This document shows positions 1 to 8,627 of a DNA stretch of 64,000 nt, one piece after another. A model generated the notes under the pieces. The model was not told the DNA's origin and searched no databases. It saw only the letters and a program-made list of their open reading frames with translations. The stretch comes from a virus (Duplodnaviria; Caudoviricetes). The stretch's first letter is position 1. The number at the start of each line of letters is the position of its first letter. The DNA lies in IMG/VR virus record IMGVR_UViG_3300036770_008730; one strand, written 5' to 3'. Position numbers and translations under genes: made by a program.

Positions 1-520
1 GTTCTTGTATTTTACTACAAATAAATTGGCAGTTTTTATTATCCGTTTTAATTTCTTCTTTTGAAAGTATGACAAACTTTTTTGTAATGGCTTTTAGTTG
101 ACCTTCATTGAAGATTAAGTTTTTCCATTGGCAATGATCGATTGCTGGCTTAAATGATACAAAAAGAGAATCGGTGTCTGCATAAATACTCACCGGTTCT
201 TCTTTAGGAATTTGTGTAACATTTTTTACACAAAGTAATTTATGTAAATCTAAATCATTTTGCCACTGATTATACCAATAATCTTCATTAACTCTATCCA
301 TAGTTTTGGTGAGATCACGACCCTGAGCAGTTATGGTTCCTGCTACATGGTTATTGTAGAGAATGAAGTAGGATGTAGCGAATGCACCGTAGCTTCCGTT
401 TAGAACGAGTTTTAATGCAAGTTGAAGTGCGTTGTAATAATCAACTTCCTTCTTTATCTCGTTTGCTTTTTTCTTTAATGACTCTAATTTAGTAATTTTT
501 TCTTCTTTTGTCATATACAT
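1..520 (-). CDS. Family-B DNA polymerase, C-terminal half (gp43B-like split polymerase), runs off the window edge
   Basis: Not in the ORF track. Manual translation from ATG 520/514: MTKEEKITKLESLKKKANEIKKEVDYYNALQLALKLVLNGSYGAF...SIYADTDSLFVSF, containing motif B (KxxxNxxYG) and motif C (YxDTDS). In-frame TAA at 532-530 directly upstream. Confidence 0.88.
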   Translation of the reverse strand, partial: MYMTKEEKITKLESLKKKANEIKKEVDYYNALQLALKLVLNGSYGAFATSYFILYNNHVAGTITAQGRDLTKTMDRVNEDYWYNQWQNDLDLHKLLCVKNVTQIPKEEPVSIYADTDSLFVSFKPAIDHCQWKNLIFNEGQLKAITKKFVILSKEEIKTDNKNCQFICSKIQE

Positions 521-543
521 GATATGATTTTAAGAGAAAATGT

Positions 544-897
544 TTACAAAGAGTCCTTCTTCTGAAACGTAGTAGTATCTAATATTTTATTAACGTTATC
601 AGTATCTATTGAATTAATAATAGTATCTTTTTTTGTAACTTTTTTAGGCTTTTTTACTTCTATTACCACTGGTATTTCAACCGGTTTAGATTTAAGAGAG
701 TCTAATTTTTTTTGTAATTCAACTATTGTTGTGTCTCTTTTATTAATTGCAATTTTCAAAAAATCATTTGTGGATTCTGCATTTTCTATATCTTCTTTTA
801 AAGAAAATATCCAAATAATTCCTATTAGGATAAAAAGAAATAACCATCCAATTTGTCTTCTTTGTCTTGCAATTATTCTGTTTTTTTCTATTAGCAT
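544..897 (-). CDS. Single-pass membrane protein with coiled coil and multiple D-(S/T)-(L/I/T) sequons
   Basis: Basic N-terminus, hydrophobic helix GWLFLFILIGIIWIFSL, then DTT, DSL, DTI, DTT, DSL. Confidence 0.7.
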   Translation of the reverse strand: MLIEKNRIIARQRRQIGWLFLFILIGIIWIFSLKEDIENAESTNDFLKIAINKRDTTIVELQKKLDSLKSKPVEIPVVIEVKKPKKVTKKDTIINSIDTDNVNKILDTTTFQKKDSL

Positions 898-1229
898 AGT
901 ATTTTGTTTAATTGTGAATTTCTATCTTCTTGTTTTAGGAACTCTATAAATGTTTCTAGTTTAAGTGAAACTCCTTCATATCCATCACCAAATTGATATC
1001 TAAAATCAGATTTACATAATTCATAAAATTTTTTGTAGATAAGATTTGATTTCTCATGACTTGATTTTGGATTGGTTAAAAAGATATCATTTACTCTTTC
1101 ATCTAAAATAAAGTCGGATGTTTTTTCACCATATAGAACTATTAATTTTCTAGCAGAGGCATATTCTGAATTTGAATCACTCCATTTTAAAGTGACCAGT
1201 TCACTTGCGAGAAAGATTTTATTTTCCAT
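891..1229 (-). CDS. Hypothetical protein
   Basis: 112-aa ORF packed between the clamp and membrane-protein genes on the same strand; ends QEDRNSQLNKILC. Confidence 0.65.
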   Translation of the reverse strand: MENKIFLASELVTLKWSDSNSEYASARKLIVLYGEKTSDFILDERVNDIFLTNPKSSHEKSNLIYKKFYELCKSDFRYQFGDGYEGVSLKLETFIEFLKQEDRNSQLNKILC

Positions 1230-1248
1230 TTAACAAATATATGGAAAA

Positions 1249-2034
1249 TTATTCATCTTCGGAAAAATCCTGTTCAAAACTCAACATTAAATTTGACGAA
1301 TCGTCTTTTATTAACATGAAGGAGTCAAATATATTTACCTCTACTTCATTATTATCATCAATGCAGCTTAAAAACTTTTTATTTAAAATTAGATTAGAAT
1401 TTCTTTGTTCATCCAATTTATCAATTTCAAGTTCCCAGGCTGCCTTTTCAGAGAAAAGGACGGTTCCATTTGTGACAGTTACATTGATAATTCTTTCAGA
1501 GTTTATATTCGAAAGTTTTTTTATATCGGTGAAATCTGATTGTGAAATTTTGAAGGACCACTTTTTATTCTTCAAGTCCAATCTTTGCTTTAAGATATTC
1601 TTATTTATATCTCTCATTTCATAATGTTCCCCTGTAAGCCAGTTGACTTTTAACTTACCACCAACGACTTGTAATGATCTAGCATTCCAGATATTATCAT
1701 CATCAGATGAGGGTTTATAACTTATCTCTAATGTTACTTTTTGACTTTCCTTAATAAAGTTTAGATTTTTAACAAACTTTTTAGAGTTTGGCAAGATCAT
1801 ATCAATAGTAGATTCAAACTCAGAAGATGTTTCAATGAAATCTTTTGTTGGTAGTAAATAGTTTTTGAATGCCAACATCACATTACCACCTAACATAGAA
1901 TACATTAATATATGGTCACTGTCAATTTTTAGTTTGATAGTGTCTTCTATTTTGCACAATTCTTCTAATTTATCGATAAACTCTGAGAACTTTTCAGTTT
2001 TGATATTGAATTTGATTTTATTTGACATATACAT
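1249..2034 (-). CDS. Putative DNA sliding clamp (gp45/PCNA-like); start may be 2028
   Basis: About 260 aa, two-domain beta-rich pattern, clamp-like N-terminus (FSEFIDKLEELCKIEDTIKLKIDSDHILMYS), near the DNA polymerase gene, clamp loader present in the window. Confidence 0.6.
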   Translation of the reverse strand: MYMSNKIKFNIKTEKFSEFIDKLEELCKIEDTIKLKIDSDHILMYSMLGGNVMLAFKNYLLPTKDFIETSSEFESTIDMILPNSKKFVKNLNFIKESQKVTLEISYKPSSDDDNIWNARSLQVVGGKLKVNWLTGEHYEMRDINKNILKQRLDLKNKKWSFKISQSDFTDIKKLSNINSERIINVTVTNGTVLFSEKAAWELEIDKLDEQRNSNLILNKKFLSCIDDNNEVEVNIFDSFMLIKDDSSNLMLSFEQDFSEDE

Positions 2035-2079
2035 GATACTTTTTTATGAATGATTTGTTTAAATAATGAATTACTACTT

Positions 2080-2088
2080 TAATATATA
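2080..2088 (+). promoter_or_regulatory. Late promoter core TAATATATA (representative of about 20 exact copies)
   Basis: Copies at 2080, 4357, 13528, 16490, 24294, 28427, 32735, 41406, 42217, 44133, 48639, 50423, 50855, 62963 (+) and 7240, 8615, 9539, 60178, 61329, 62949 (-), each upstream of a correctly oriented gene. Confidence 0.8.
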
Positions 2089-2093
2089 CTGAT

Positions 2094-3026
2094 ATGGTAA
2101 AAAGATGGCATGAATTTATAAGAGAATTTGTTGAAAACTCTAATAATATTATTGATATTAAAATGCAAGAGTTGAGAGATTTAATTGATAGTTTCTCAAA
2201 TGGCCAAAACATCATATATGAATGGGAAAATATGAATGACCATCAGTTAGATGTTGCATTTAGTTACGAAGGTTTATCTATTAAATATGAATTTGATATA
2301 GACCAAATGAAAGTTACTAAAATCTCAGGAGATGTTGTTGATTTTACAACTGAAGTGGAGTCAATTGATGAAGGACTTGATGTTATTGAAAAGGACATAC
2401 ATTTTGTATTAGGTGTTTCTGAAAGTTACAGTCCAGAATATGATTCATCTTTGTCAGAAGAAGAGGTTAGAGAAGTGGTGAGAAAAATTAGGAATTTTGC
2501 AAAAATTGAAGTTATAGACAATACAGCAGATGTTGAAGGATTAGTAGAAGAGTTACAAAAATCTTTATCGAACTATGATAAAGAAACTATTGATTTAGTT
2601 ATCGACACTACTCTATTCGGTGATGATTCTGATAATTGGGAAGATTGGGCGATTGAACAAATCATTCAAACTGGTGATAAAATAATGAGTAAACATGGAA
2701 CAGAACCAACTCAAATTTTAAATGCTTATGATAACTCATTTCAGTATTTACGAAAATATTTTAGATGGGAAGATGATGTTTTTGAATCAAAGAGTGGAAG
2801 ACCTAGATCTCAAAGATATAAAGGTCGTAAAATACCAGGTAAGTATCTGACTAAAAATCCAAAAGCGATGAAAAGAGAAATTGATACTTACAGAGGTAAA
2901 AAAGAATATAAAAAAGATTGGGATGCTGATTATAAATCTGGTAAAGGTGGTAAAGGTAAAAGAGTAAAGACAAAAAAATCAGCGGCTACTCTAGCCTATG
3001 AGAAAAAATTTAAAAATAAAGAATAA
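2094..3026 (+). CDS. Putative internal head protein: acidic body with a very basic C-terminal domain
   Basis: N-terminus MVKRWHEFIRE (capsid-targeting-like); C-terminal GRPRSQRYKGRKIPGKYL...KTKKSAATLAYEKKF. Confidence 0.7.
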   Translation: MVKRWHEFIREFVENSNNIIDIKMQELRDLIDSFSNGQNIIYEWENMNDHQLDVAFSYEGLSIKYEFDIDQMKVTKISGDVVDFTTEVESIDEGLDVIEKDIHFVLGVSESYSPEYDSSLSEEEVREVVRKIRNFAKIEVIDNTADVEGLVEELQKSLSNYDKETIDLVIDTTLFGDDSDNWEDWAIEQIIQTGDKIMSKHGTEPTQILNAYDNSFQYLRKYFRWEDDVFESKSGRPRSQRYKGRKIPGKYLTKNPKAMKREIDTYRGKKEYKKDWDADYKSGKGGKGKRVKTKKSAATLAYEKKFKNKE

Positions 3027-3028
3027 CT

Positions 3029-3427
3029 ATGGAACATTTATTAAGTTTTGAAGATCTATTTGAAGATTATTCTAAGTATTTAGAATCAGAGGATTTTGAA
3101 TTACAGGATGACTTTGACACCGAGATGGTTGAAGAAGATTTAGAAGAAAATGAAGAACTTTATGAAAAAAAGAAAAGTGGTGTAACTGCTTCACTAAAAA
3201 AGAAATCTAAGGCATCTGGAATTCCTATGGGAATTTTAAGAAAAGTATTTTCAAAAGGAATGCAAGCTTGGAACGCAGGTCATAGACCTGGTGTTGCACA
3301 ACATCAGTGGGGAATGGGTAGAGTAAATAGCTTTATTACCGGTGCGGGTGGAGCTAGAAAATCAGATGCTAAACTTTGGGCACAAGCTAAGAAAGCTAAA
3401 GCAAGAAAAAAGAAAAAGAAAAAATGA
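3029..3427 (+). CDS. Putative internal head protein with basic SGIPxxILxxVxxKGxxAW..GHRPG..QWGxxRV domain (DUF5824-like, from memory)
   Basis: Acidic N-half, Lys-rich C-half ending KARKKKKKK; ATGA overlap with the SET gene. Confidence 0.7.
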   Translation: MEHLLSFEDLFEDYSKYLESEDFELQDDFDTEMVEEDLEENEELYEKKKSGVTASLKKKSKASGIPMGILRKVFSKGMQAWNAGHRPGVAQHQWGMGRVNSFITGAGGARKSDAKLWAQAKKAKARKKKKKK

Positions 3428-3912
3428 AATACGTAAAGTTATTTGAAGAATTCAGCGCTGTAAAAAAATCATCGAAAAAAGAATCTTTGAAGAAAGGTAA
3501 AATTGAAGTTAAAACCTCAACAATACCAAATGCTGGTAAAGGTTTATTCGCCTTACAAGATTTCTCTAAGGGTGATGAGATCTGTGAATTTACTGGAAAA
3601 GAAGTAAGTAAAGAAGAAATTAAAAAACTTACAGGAACAAGAGCTGAGTATTTGATTGGAAAGGATGATGGATCAACTGTGGATGTCTATAACTCAAAGA
3701 GTCCAGCAAAGTATTCAAATGACCACGATGGATATTTAAAAGCTACAAAGAAGACTGGCTTTGAAAAGAAGAACAACTGTGAAATTATGGAACTAGATAA
3801 TGGTGAGTTGTGGCTTATAGCTACCAAAAAAATCAAAGAAGGTGATGAAATCTTCTGTTCTTATGGTTCAAGTTATTGGACAAATTGGTTAAAAAGTAAT
3901 AAAGAAAAATAA
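3424..3912 (+). CDS. SET-domain protein (putative protein lysine methyltransferase)
   Basis: STIPNAGKGLFA (SAM-binding GxG), DEICEFTG, AKYSNDH (R-x-x-NH-like), EIFCSYGSSYW (ELxxxY). Confidence 0.85.
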   Translation: MKYVKLFEEFSAVKKSSKKESLKKGKIEVKTSTIPNAGKGLFALQDFSKGDEICEFTGKEVSKEEIKKLTGTRAEYLIGKDDGSTVDVYNSKSPAKYSNDHDGYLKATKKTGFEKKNNCEIMELDNGELWLIATKKIKEGDEIFCSYGSSYWTNWLKSNKEK

Positions 3913-3916
3913 TAAC

Positions 3917-4318
3917 TTATCTAACCAAAGGTTTGATTTGCTCTTCAAATATTCTTTGAATTTCTTTTAATTTCTTTCTTGTTGTTTTTACATCTAATTG
4001 AATTCTCCAGTTTTTTACTTGATTATCATCATCCTCTGGTACCTCTTCTATTATCAACTCTGAATCAAAATGGTCAATTCGTTCAAAAAGTAATTTGCCA
4101 TCTTCATCAACAGCATTTGACATACCTTCTTCATCTGATATCATTCTACCACCAACACGAGGATTCTCTTCTGACCAACCTCCATAAATAATGTGATATT
4201 CTCCGTTTTTAGTTGGTGTGATTGTGTGTCCCTCAGATAGGATAAGTGTTCTATTTTTAACACCAAGTATACTAGTAGTAATATACCAATCTTTTTTTAA
4301 TTTGAAATCTGGTAGCAT
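3917..4318 (-). CDS. Hypothetical protein
   Basis: 133-aa ORF filling the gap between convergent and divergent genes. Confidence 0.6.
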   Translation of the reverse strand: MLPDFKLKKDWYITTSILGVKNRTLILSEGHTITPTKNGEYHIIYGGWSEENPRVGGRMISDEEGMSNAVDEDGKLLFERIDHFDSELIIEEVPEDDDNQVKNWRIQLDVKTTRKKLKEIQRIFEEQIKPLVR

Positions 4319-4389
4319 AAAATTTGTATTTAGTAAAGAAAATAAGTTGTAGAAAATAATATATAAGTAGTAAAATTATAAAATTTAAT

Positions 4390-5640
4390 ATGATTAAGAA
4401 ATATACAGGATTCCTATTAGAAAACTTTAGATACAATGCTACTCTTATATTAGAAGCTCAATTATCAGCAACTGGTGGTTTTTTAGATAAACTCGATACT
4501 ATCTCAAAAGAAAAAGGAATGGCTGGTGAAATTGCAAAAAATATAAAAGATTTTATAGAGAAAGAGGGTTGGGTAAGTGATGATAACATTAAACAAAATT
4601 ACTTTGATACCACTGAAAAAGAAGATATGATTTCTTTTTTAATGCAAAGTAAGTTACCAAAGGATTGGGATGAAGAAGTTGACCCTTCTCTTCCATACAA
4701 CACAAAAGGTAGAACAGAAGTAAAAGTTTCCAAGATAATCAAATACATCGTCACTCTTATGGATGCCGAAGGTGAGTGGAATAGTGTTCCACCAAAAGAT
4801 AAAGATATAGAGGCATTTGTAAATGCATTTAAAGCAACAAAGGCATCTACTGACTTTAAGTTCAAAGAAATAAAAGGTGATGAAATTGCTAAGTATTACA
4901 ATCAAAAGAAATATTTCAATTCATCAGGAACACTTGGTGGATCTTGCATGGCTGATGAATCAAAAGGAACATTTAAGATTTATAGTCAAAATGAAACTAA
5001 AGTTAAGTTGTTGGTCTTTATAGATGAAAAACAAGATAAAATATCTGGAAGAGCGATTCTTTGGAAACTGAGTAAATCACCATGTGATGCAAATTGGTTT
5101 ATGGATAGAGTATATACAAATAGAGACTCTGACTTTATTAAGTTCAAAAATTATGCTGAAGAAAAGGGTTATTTATACAAATCTATTATGAATAGTCATA
5201 CCAGTGAAAATGTAAAGTTTAGATACAAAGGTTCGGATGTTCAAGGTATAGTAAAAGTAAAATTAGACGGTTCAGCAAAAAGTTATCCTTTTATCGACAC
5301 AATGTGTTTCCTAAATAAAGATAAAACTGAGTTAAGTAATGTTCCATCAGTAGGAAGCTTTTTTCTTCATTCAGTGTCTGGTGATTGTGACCACTGTAGT
5401 GATTGTGATGGGAAGATGTTTATTTGTGACGACTATCAGTGTGGATATAATAATGGTGAGATTGATTGTGATGAATGTAATTCTTCAGGAATGGTTGATG
5501 GAAAAAAATGTACCAGTTGTAAGGGTACTGGTTATATAAAATGTGATCATCCAAATACTGAAATTTGCAATGATTGTTGTGATGGATTAATGACTTTAGG
5601 TGTCAGAACAGTTGAAGACCTTAAGAAGATATCTAAGTAA
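4390..5640 (+). CDS. Hypothetical protein with C-terminal DnaJ-type CxxCxGxG zinc-binding region
   Basis: CSDCDGK, CDECNSSG, CTSCKGTG; central GSCM...GRAILW...MDRVY block; N-terminus MIKKYTGFLLE. Confidence 0.75.
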   Translation: MIKKYTGFLLENFRYNATLILEAQLSATGGFLDKLDTISKEKGMAGEIAKNIKDFIEKEGWVSDDNIKQNYFDTTEKEDMISFLMQSKLPKDWDEEVDPSLPYNTKGRTEVKVSKIIKYIVTLMDAEGEWNSVPPKDKDIEAFVNAFKATKASTDFKFKEIKGDEIAKYYNQKKYFNSSGTLGGSCMADESKGTFKIYSQNETKVKLLVFIDEKQDKISGRAILWKLSKSPCDANWFMDRVYTNRDSDFIKFKNYAEEKGYLYKSIMNSHTSENVKFRYKGSDVQGIVKVKLDGSAKSYPFIDTMCFLNKDKTELSNVPSVGSFFLHSVSGDCDHCSDCDGKMFICDDYQCGYNNGEIDCDECNSSGMVDGKKCTSCKGTGYIKCDHPNTEICNDCCDGLMTLGVRTVEDLKKISK

Positions 5641-5642
5641 TT

Positions 5643-6143
5643 TTATCTACCCAAATAGTTCATTAATTCTATCATATTCTTAATTGAGTATGAAAAACTC
5701 TCTAGGTTCTTAACCGTGTCTCTAAGAAATTCAATATAAGATTCGATTAATTCTAAACTTCTATCATTTTCAGCCAAGTGAGCATCGATTAAGATTGCCT
5801 TTTCACCCATATTTGTTTTTACACCAAATCCAGTAGCATAGAAAATAAATTTATCTTGTCTAATTTTTTTAATTTTTGTAGTTTCTTTACTTCTCTTATT
5901 TAAGAAGAAGTTAATTTGTTCGTTTATTTGCTGTCTAAAAGACAGAGCTATTGCCTGAGCATCCAAAACATGCTTTGAATTTGAGGGATTAGATAAATCC
6001 TGTGATAAAACCTTAAAAACAGGTTCTACATTTTTGTTCCAGTCAGCGCGTTTTTCGTTGAAAAACTCTTCTAATTTATCATTAGTTTCTTTTGCCTTTT
6101 GTATGCGGTCTAATTCTTCCTGATTATATAGATTCATCGTCAA
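5643..6143 (-). CDS. uvsY: UvsY-like recombination mediator
   Basis: Helical, about 165 aa, C-terminal IEFLRDTVKNLESFSYSIKNMIELMNYL resembles the UvsY C-terminus. Confidence 0.5.
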   Translation of the reverse strand: MTMNLYNQEELDRIQKAKETNDKLEEFFNEKRADWNKNVEPVFKVLSQDLSNPSNSKHVLDAQAIALSFRQQINEQINFFLNKRSKETTKIKKIRQDKFIFYATGFGVKTNMGEKAILIDAHLAENDRSLELIESYIEFLRDTVKNLESFSYSIKNMIELMNYLGR

Positions 6144-6525
6144 TTATTTTTTTCATTAAGTATTCTCTATGTAAGTTTTTATTATCACAACTTATTAGAG
6201 TTTTTTCTATTAGGGATTTTAATTTTGATTCAATTTCTGAATTTAGTATTTCATCGAGTATTGTAGTCCAAAAATCAACTAAGTAATGGTCTTCTATCAC
6301 AATCGGTAAATCCTCATCATTATTTATTTCGATACATTTATTTCTATTGTCAATTATGATTGACATCTGCGGCCTTAAAAACGGATTACCATTTCTATCA
6401 ATTAGATCAGAAAAAAATTCAATATAGAAATGTTTGAATCCATATTTCATCTTTTTGTGAAGATTTATTCTTTCATCTTCTCGGTGAGAAATAAGAAATT
6501 CAATAAAATTGTTAAGTTCTTTCAT
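6124..6525 (-). CDS. Hypothetical protein
   Basis: 133-aa ORF overlapping the start of the UvsY-like gene. Confidence 0.6.
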   Translation of the reverse strand: MKELNNFIEFLISHREDERINLHKKMKYGFKHFYIEFFSDLIDRNGNPFLRPQMSIIIDNRNKCIEINNDEDLPIVIEDHYLVDFWTTILDEILNSEIESKLKSLIEKTLISCDNKNLHREYLMKKIIDDESI

Positions 6526-6573
6526 AGTTTTTTTATGAAAAAAAGTTGTTTTTGTTTGAATGTCTATAAAACA

Positions 6574-6599
6574 AAAAATCCCTAAAATATAGGGATTTT
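6574..6599 (-). terminator. Rho-independent terminator
   Basis: aaaatcccta / tagggatttt inverted repeat just after the stop of 6608..7216. Confidence 0.7.
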
Positions 6600-6607
6600 A
6601 ATTTCTA

Positions 6608-7216
6608 TTACATAGAAGGCTGATTCTCATCATCGTCATCATCTCCGACTTCTTCATCTTCCCAATTAGAATCATCATCAACCTCCTCTTCTTCATATTC
6701 ATCTTCAGGAAGTTCTCCTGTCTCATACTCATCAAATTCTTCTTCATACTCTGCATCAAATTCATTATCTTCTTCATCATCTTCATGATCGTGTGATGGA
6801 GATCCGTGATTCATTAAGAAATTATGAACGTGTTCTAGGTTTTCACAAGAAACCGATATGTGGTCTGAAGCCCAATCATGTTCTTTGAGTATCTCATCAA
6901 CTTCCTCTTGTGATAAATTCATAATAGCATCAATATATCTTTGCATTGTTTGAAGATTTGCAAAGAACATATAGTTACTTGTTGTTTGGTGTTCATTAAA
7001 GCTTTTAAGTCTTTTAGATTCATTTTGTTTCATGAAATCTGGTTCCTCAGAAAGATTATAAGGATTTTCTTGAGCTTCTTGTTTTTCATATTCAGTAAAC
7101 TCACCTGTTGGATTATTAACATCATATTCACCAGAATGTGTTTCCGGTTTATCGTCGGAATAAACTTCTGTTTCTTCTGGTAAGTTAAAATGTTCAAATT
7201 TTTTAATATTTTTCAT
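6608..7216 (-). CDS. Highly acidic putative internal head protein
   Basis: MKNIKKFEHF start, second motif ESKRLKSFNEH, long D/E C-terminal tail. Confidence 0.75.
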   Translation of the reverse strand: MKNIKKFEHFNLPEETEVYSDDKPETHSGEYDVNNPTGEFTEYEKQEAQENPYNLSEEPDFMKQNESKRLKSFNEHQTTSNYMFFANLQTMQRYIDAIMNLSQEEVDEILKEHDWASDHISVSCENLEHVHNFLMNHGSPSHDHEDDEEDNEFDAEYEEEFDEYETGELPEDEYEEEEVDDDSNWEDEEVGDDDDDENQPSM

Positions 7217-7259
7217 AGTTAATTCGTTATTTATTAGGTTATATATTAGAATTGAAAAG

Positions 7260-8609
7260 TTATTTTAATACAGTAATAACTTCTGGATACCACTCTATAG
7301 CTTCTTTATTCTTTTCAGGATAGTTTAAAACTGAAAGTGCATATCTGATAGCATTCAGTCTTCCAATCTTTTTATCATTTGAATTTACAACGACCCAAGG
7401 ACATTTAGAACTGGATGTTCTGTTAAACATTTGATTTTTATAATTTGTGATTAAGTCATACTTATCTACAACTCTAGCATCATTAGGTGAGAATTTCCAA
7501 AATTTAAGTGGGTTAGTTTGTCTTAATTTGAATCTTTCTTTTTGTTTTTCTTCAGTAATTGAGAACCAAAACTTGATAAGTATTATTCCGGAATCGACCA
7601 AACTTTCTTCCCACGGAAGAACTTTCTCCATAAAGTCTTTATATTCTTCTTCTGTGCAATATCCATTTACTGGTTCAACAACAGCTCTATTATACCAACT
7701 TCTATCGAAGTAAACTATTTCTCCTGGATTTGGTAAATTCCTTTCATATCTTGAAAACCAATTTTTTCTTTCTTCTTCTGTTGGTATTCCCAAACCAGCA
7801 ACAACTCTTGCAACACCAGGTATTGCATTTAACATAAATCTTTTAATCGAAGATCCTTTGCCAGCGGAATCTCTACCTTCAAAAATTATGGCTACACGTT
7901 GTTTTTTATAACCAGGAATTGGTTCAAATCTGTATTTTTGTGTGGTGTCCATACCATCAACTTCTCTTAAAAACTTATGTCTTGTTCCTTCACCTGGAGT
8001 AGTATTTTTTCCAAGTTTTTCTTGATTTTCTTTCCAAGCTTTTATTTTCGATTGATATGCGTCATTAGCATCTGAAGTTTTAATCCTCTTTCCACCTTTT
8101 ACCCAACATTGAAGTTTTATCAACTCATCTTGAAGTTCTTCTTCTTCTGGTTGATAAACAGAACCTCTTATCAAAGAACTTTCTCCTTCTTCCGAGTCGA
8201 AATGTTCAGAGTCTTCTCCTCTAATTTGACCTGATTCAATTGATTCAAATCTTTCATCTAAGCTTTCTATGAAATTATCAAATTCTAATCGGATTAATTT
8301 CTTAGTATCTTTTCTTTTTAACTCTAGCAATTGATGGATTTTTATCAAGAATGTTTTGACATTCAAATCTCTTATTAGTTCTTCAGTAAATTCATTTGTA
8401 AGCTCTCTTATAGCAGTATTAAGATTAAAAAAGTCATCTGCTTCATAGCTAACTCCTCCACCTAATTTGTCTAACTTGATGTTTACTAATATAGATTCTT
8501 TATATTCTTGTAATCTATCAGTTAAGTTATATTTTATTTGTTGAAGATTCTCCTTAGAAAGGTTATTTAGTTCTTCATTTATAAACTTTAAATAATCTAA
8601 AATTTTCAT
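7260..8609 (-). CDS. ppk2: Polyphosphate kinase 2 with N-terminal extension and internal insertion
   Basis: Walker A FEGRDSAGKG, Walker B/lid FDRSWYNRAVVEPVNG, LIKFWFSIT, PLKFWKFSPND. Confidence 0.93.
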   Translation of the reverse strand: MKILDYLKFINEELNNLSKENLQQIKYNLTDRLQEYKESILVNIKLDKLGGGVSYEADDFFNLNTAIRELTNEFTEELIRDLNVKTFLIKIHQLLELKRKDTKKLIRLEFDNFIESLDERFESIESGQIRGEDSEHFDSEEGESSLIRGSVYQPEEEELQDELIKLQCWVKGGKRIKTSDANDAYQSKIKAWKENQEKLGKNTTPGEGTRHKFLREVDGMDTTQKYRFEPIPGYKKQRVAIIFEGRDSAGKGSSIKRFMLNAIPGVARVVAGLGIPTEEERKNWFSRYERNLPNPGEIVYFDRSWYNRAVVEPVNGYCTEEEYKDFMEKVLPWEESLVDSGIILIKFWFSITEEKQKERFKLRQTNPLKFWKFSPNDARVVDKYDLITNYKNQMFNRTSSSKCPWVVVNSNDKKIGRLNAIRYALSVLNYPEKNKEAIEWYPEVITVLK

Positions 8610-8627
8610 ATTATTATATATTAAAAT

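Noticed and set aside
7899-8096. PPK2 insertion as an intein
   Set aside because: It is too short and lacks the N-terminal Cys/Ser and C-terminal His-Asn splice motifs.
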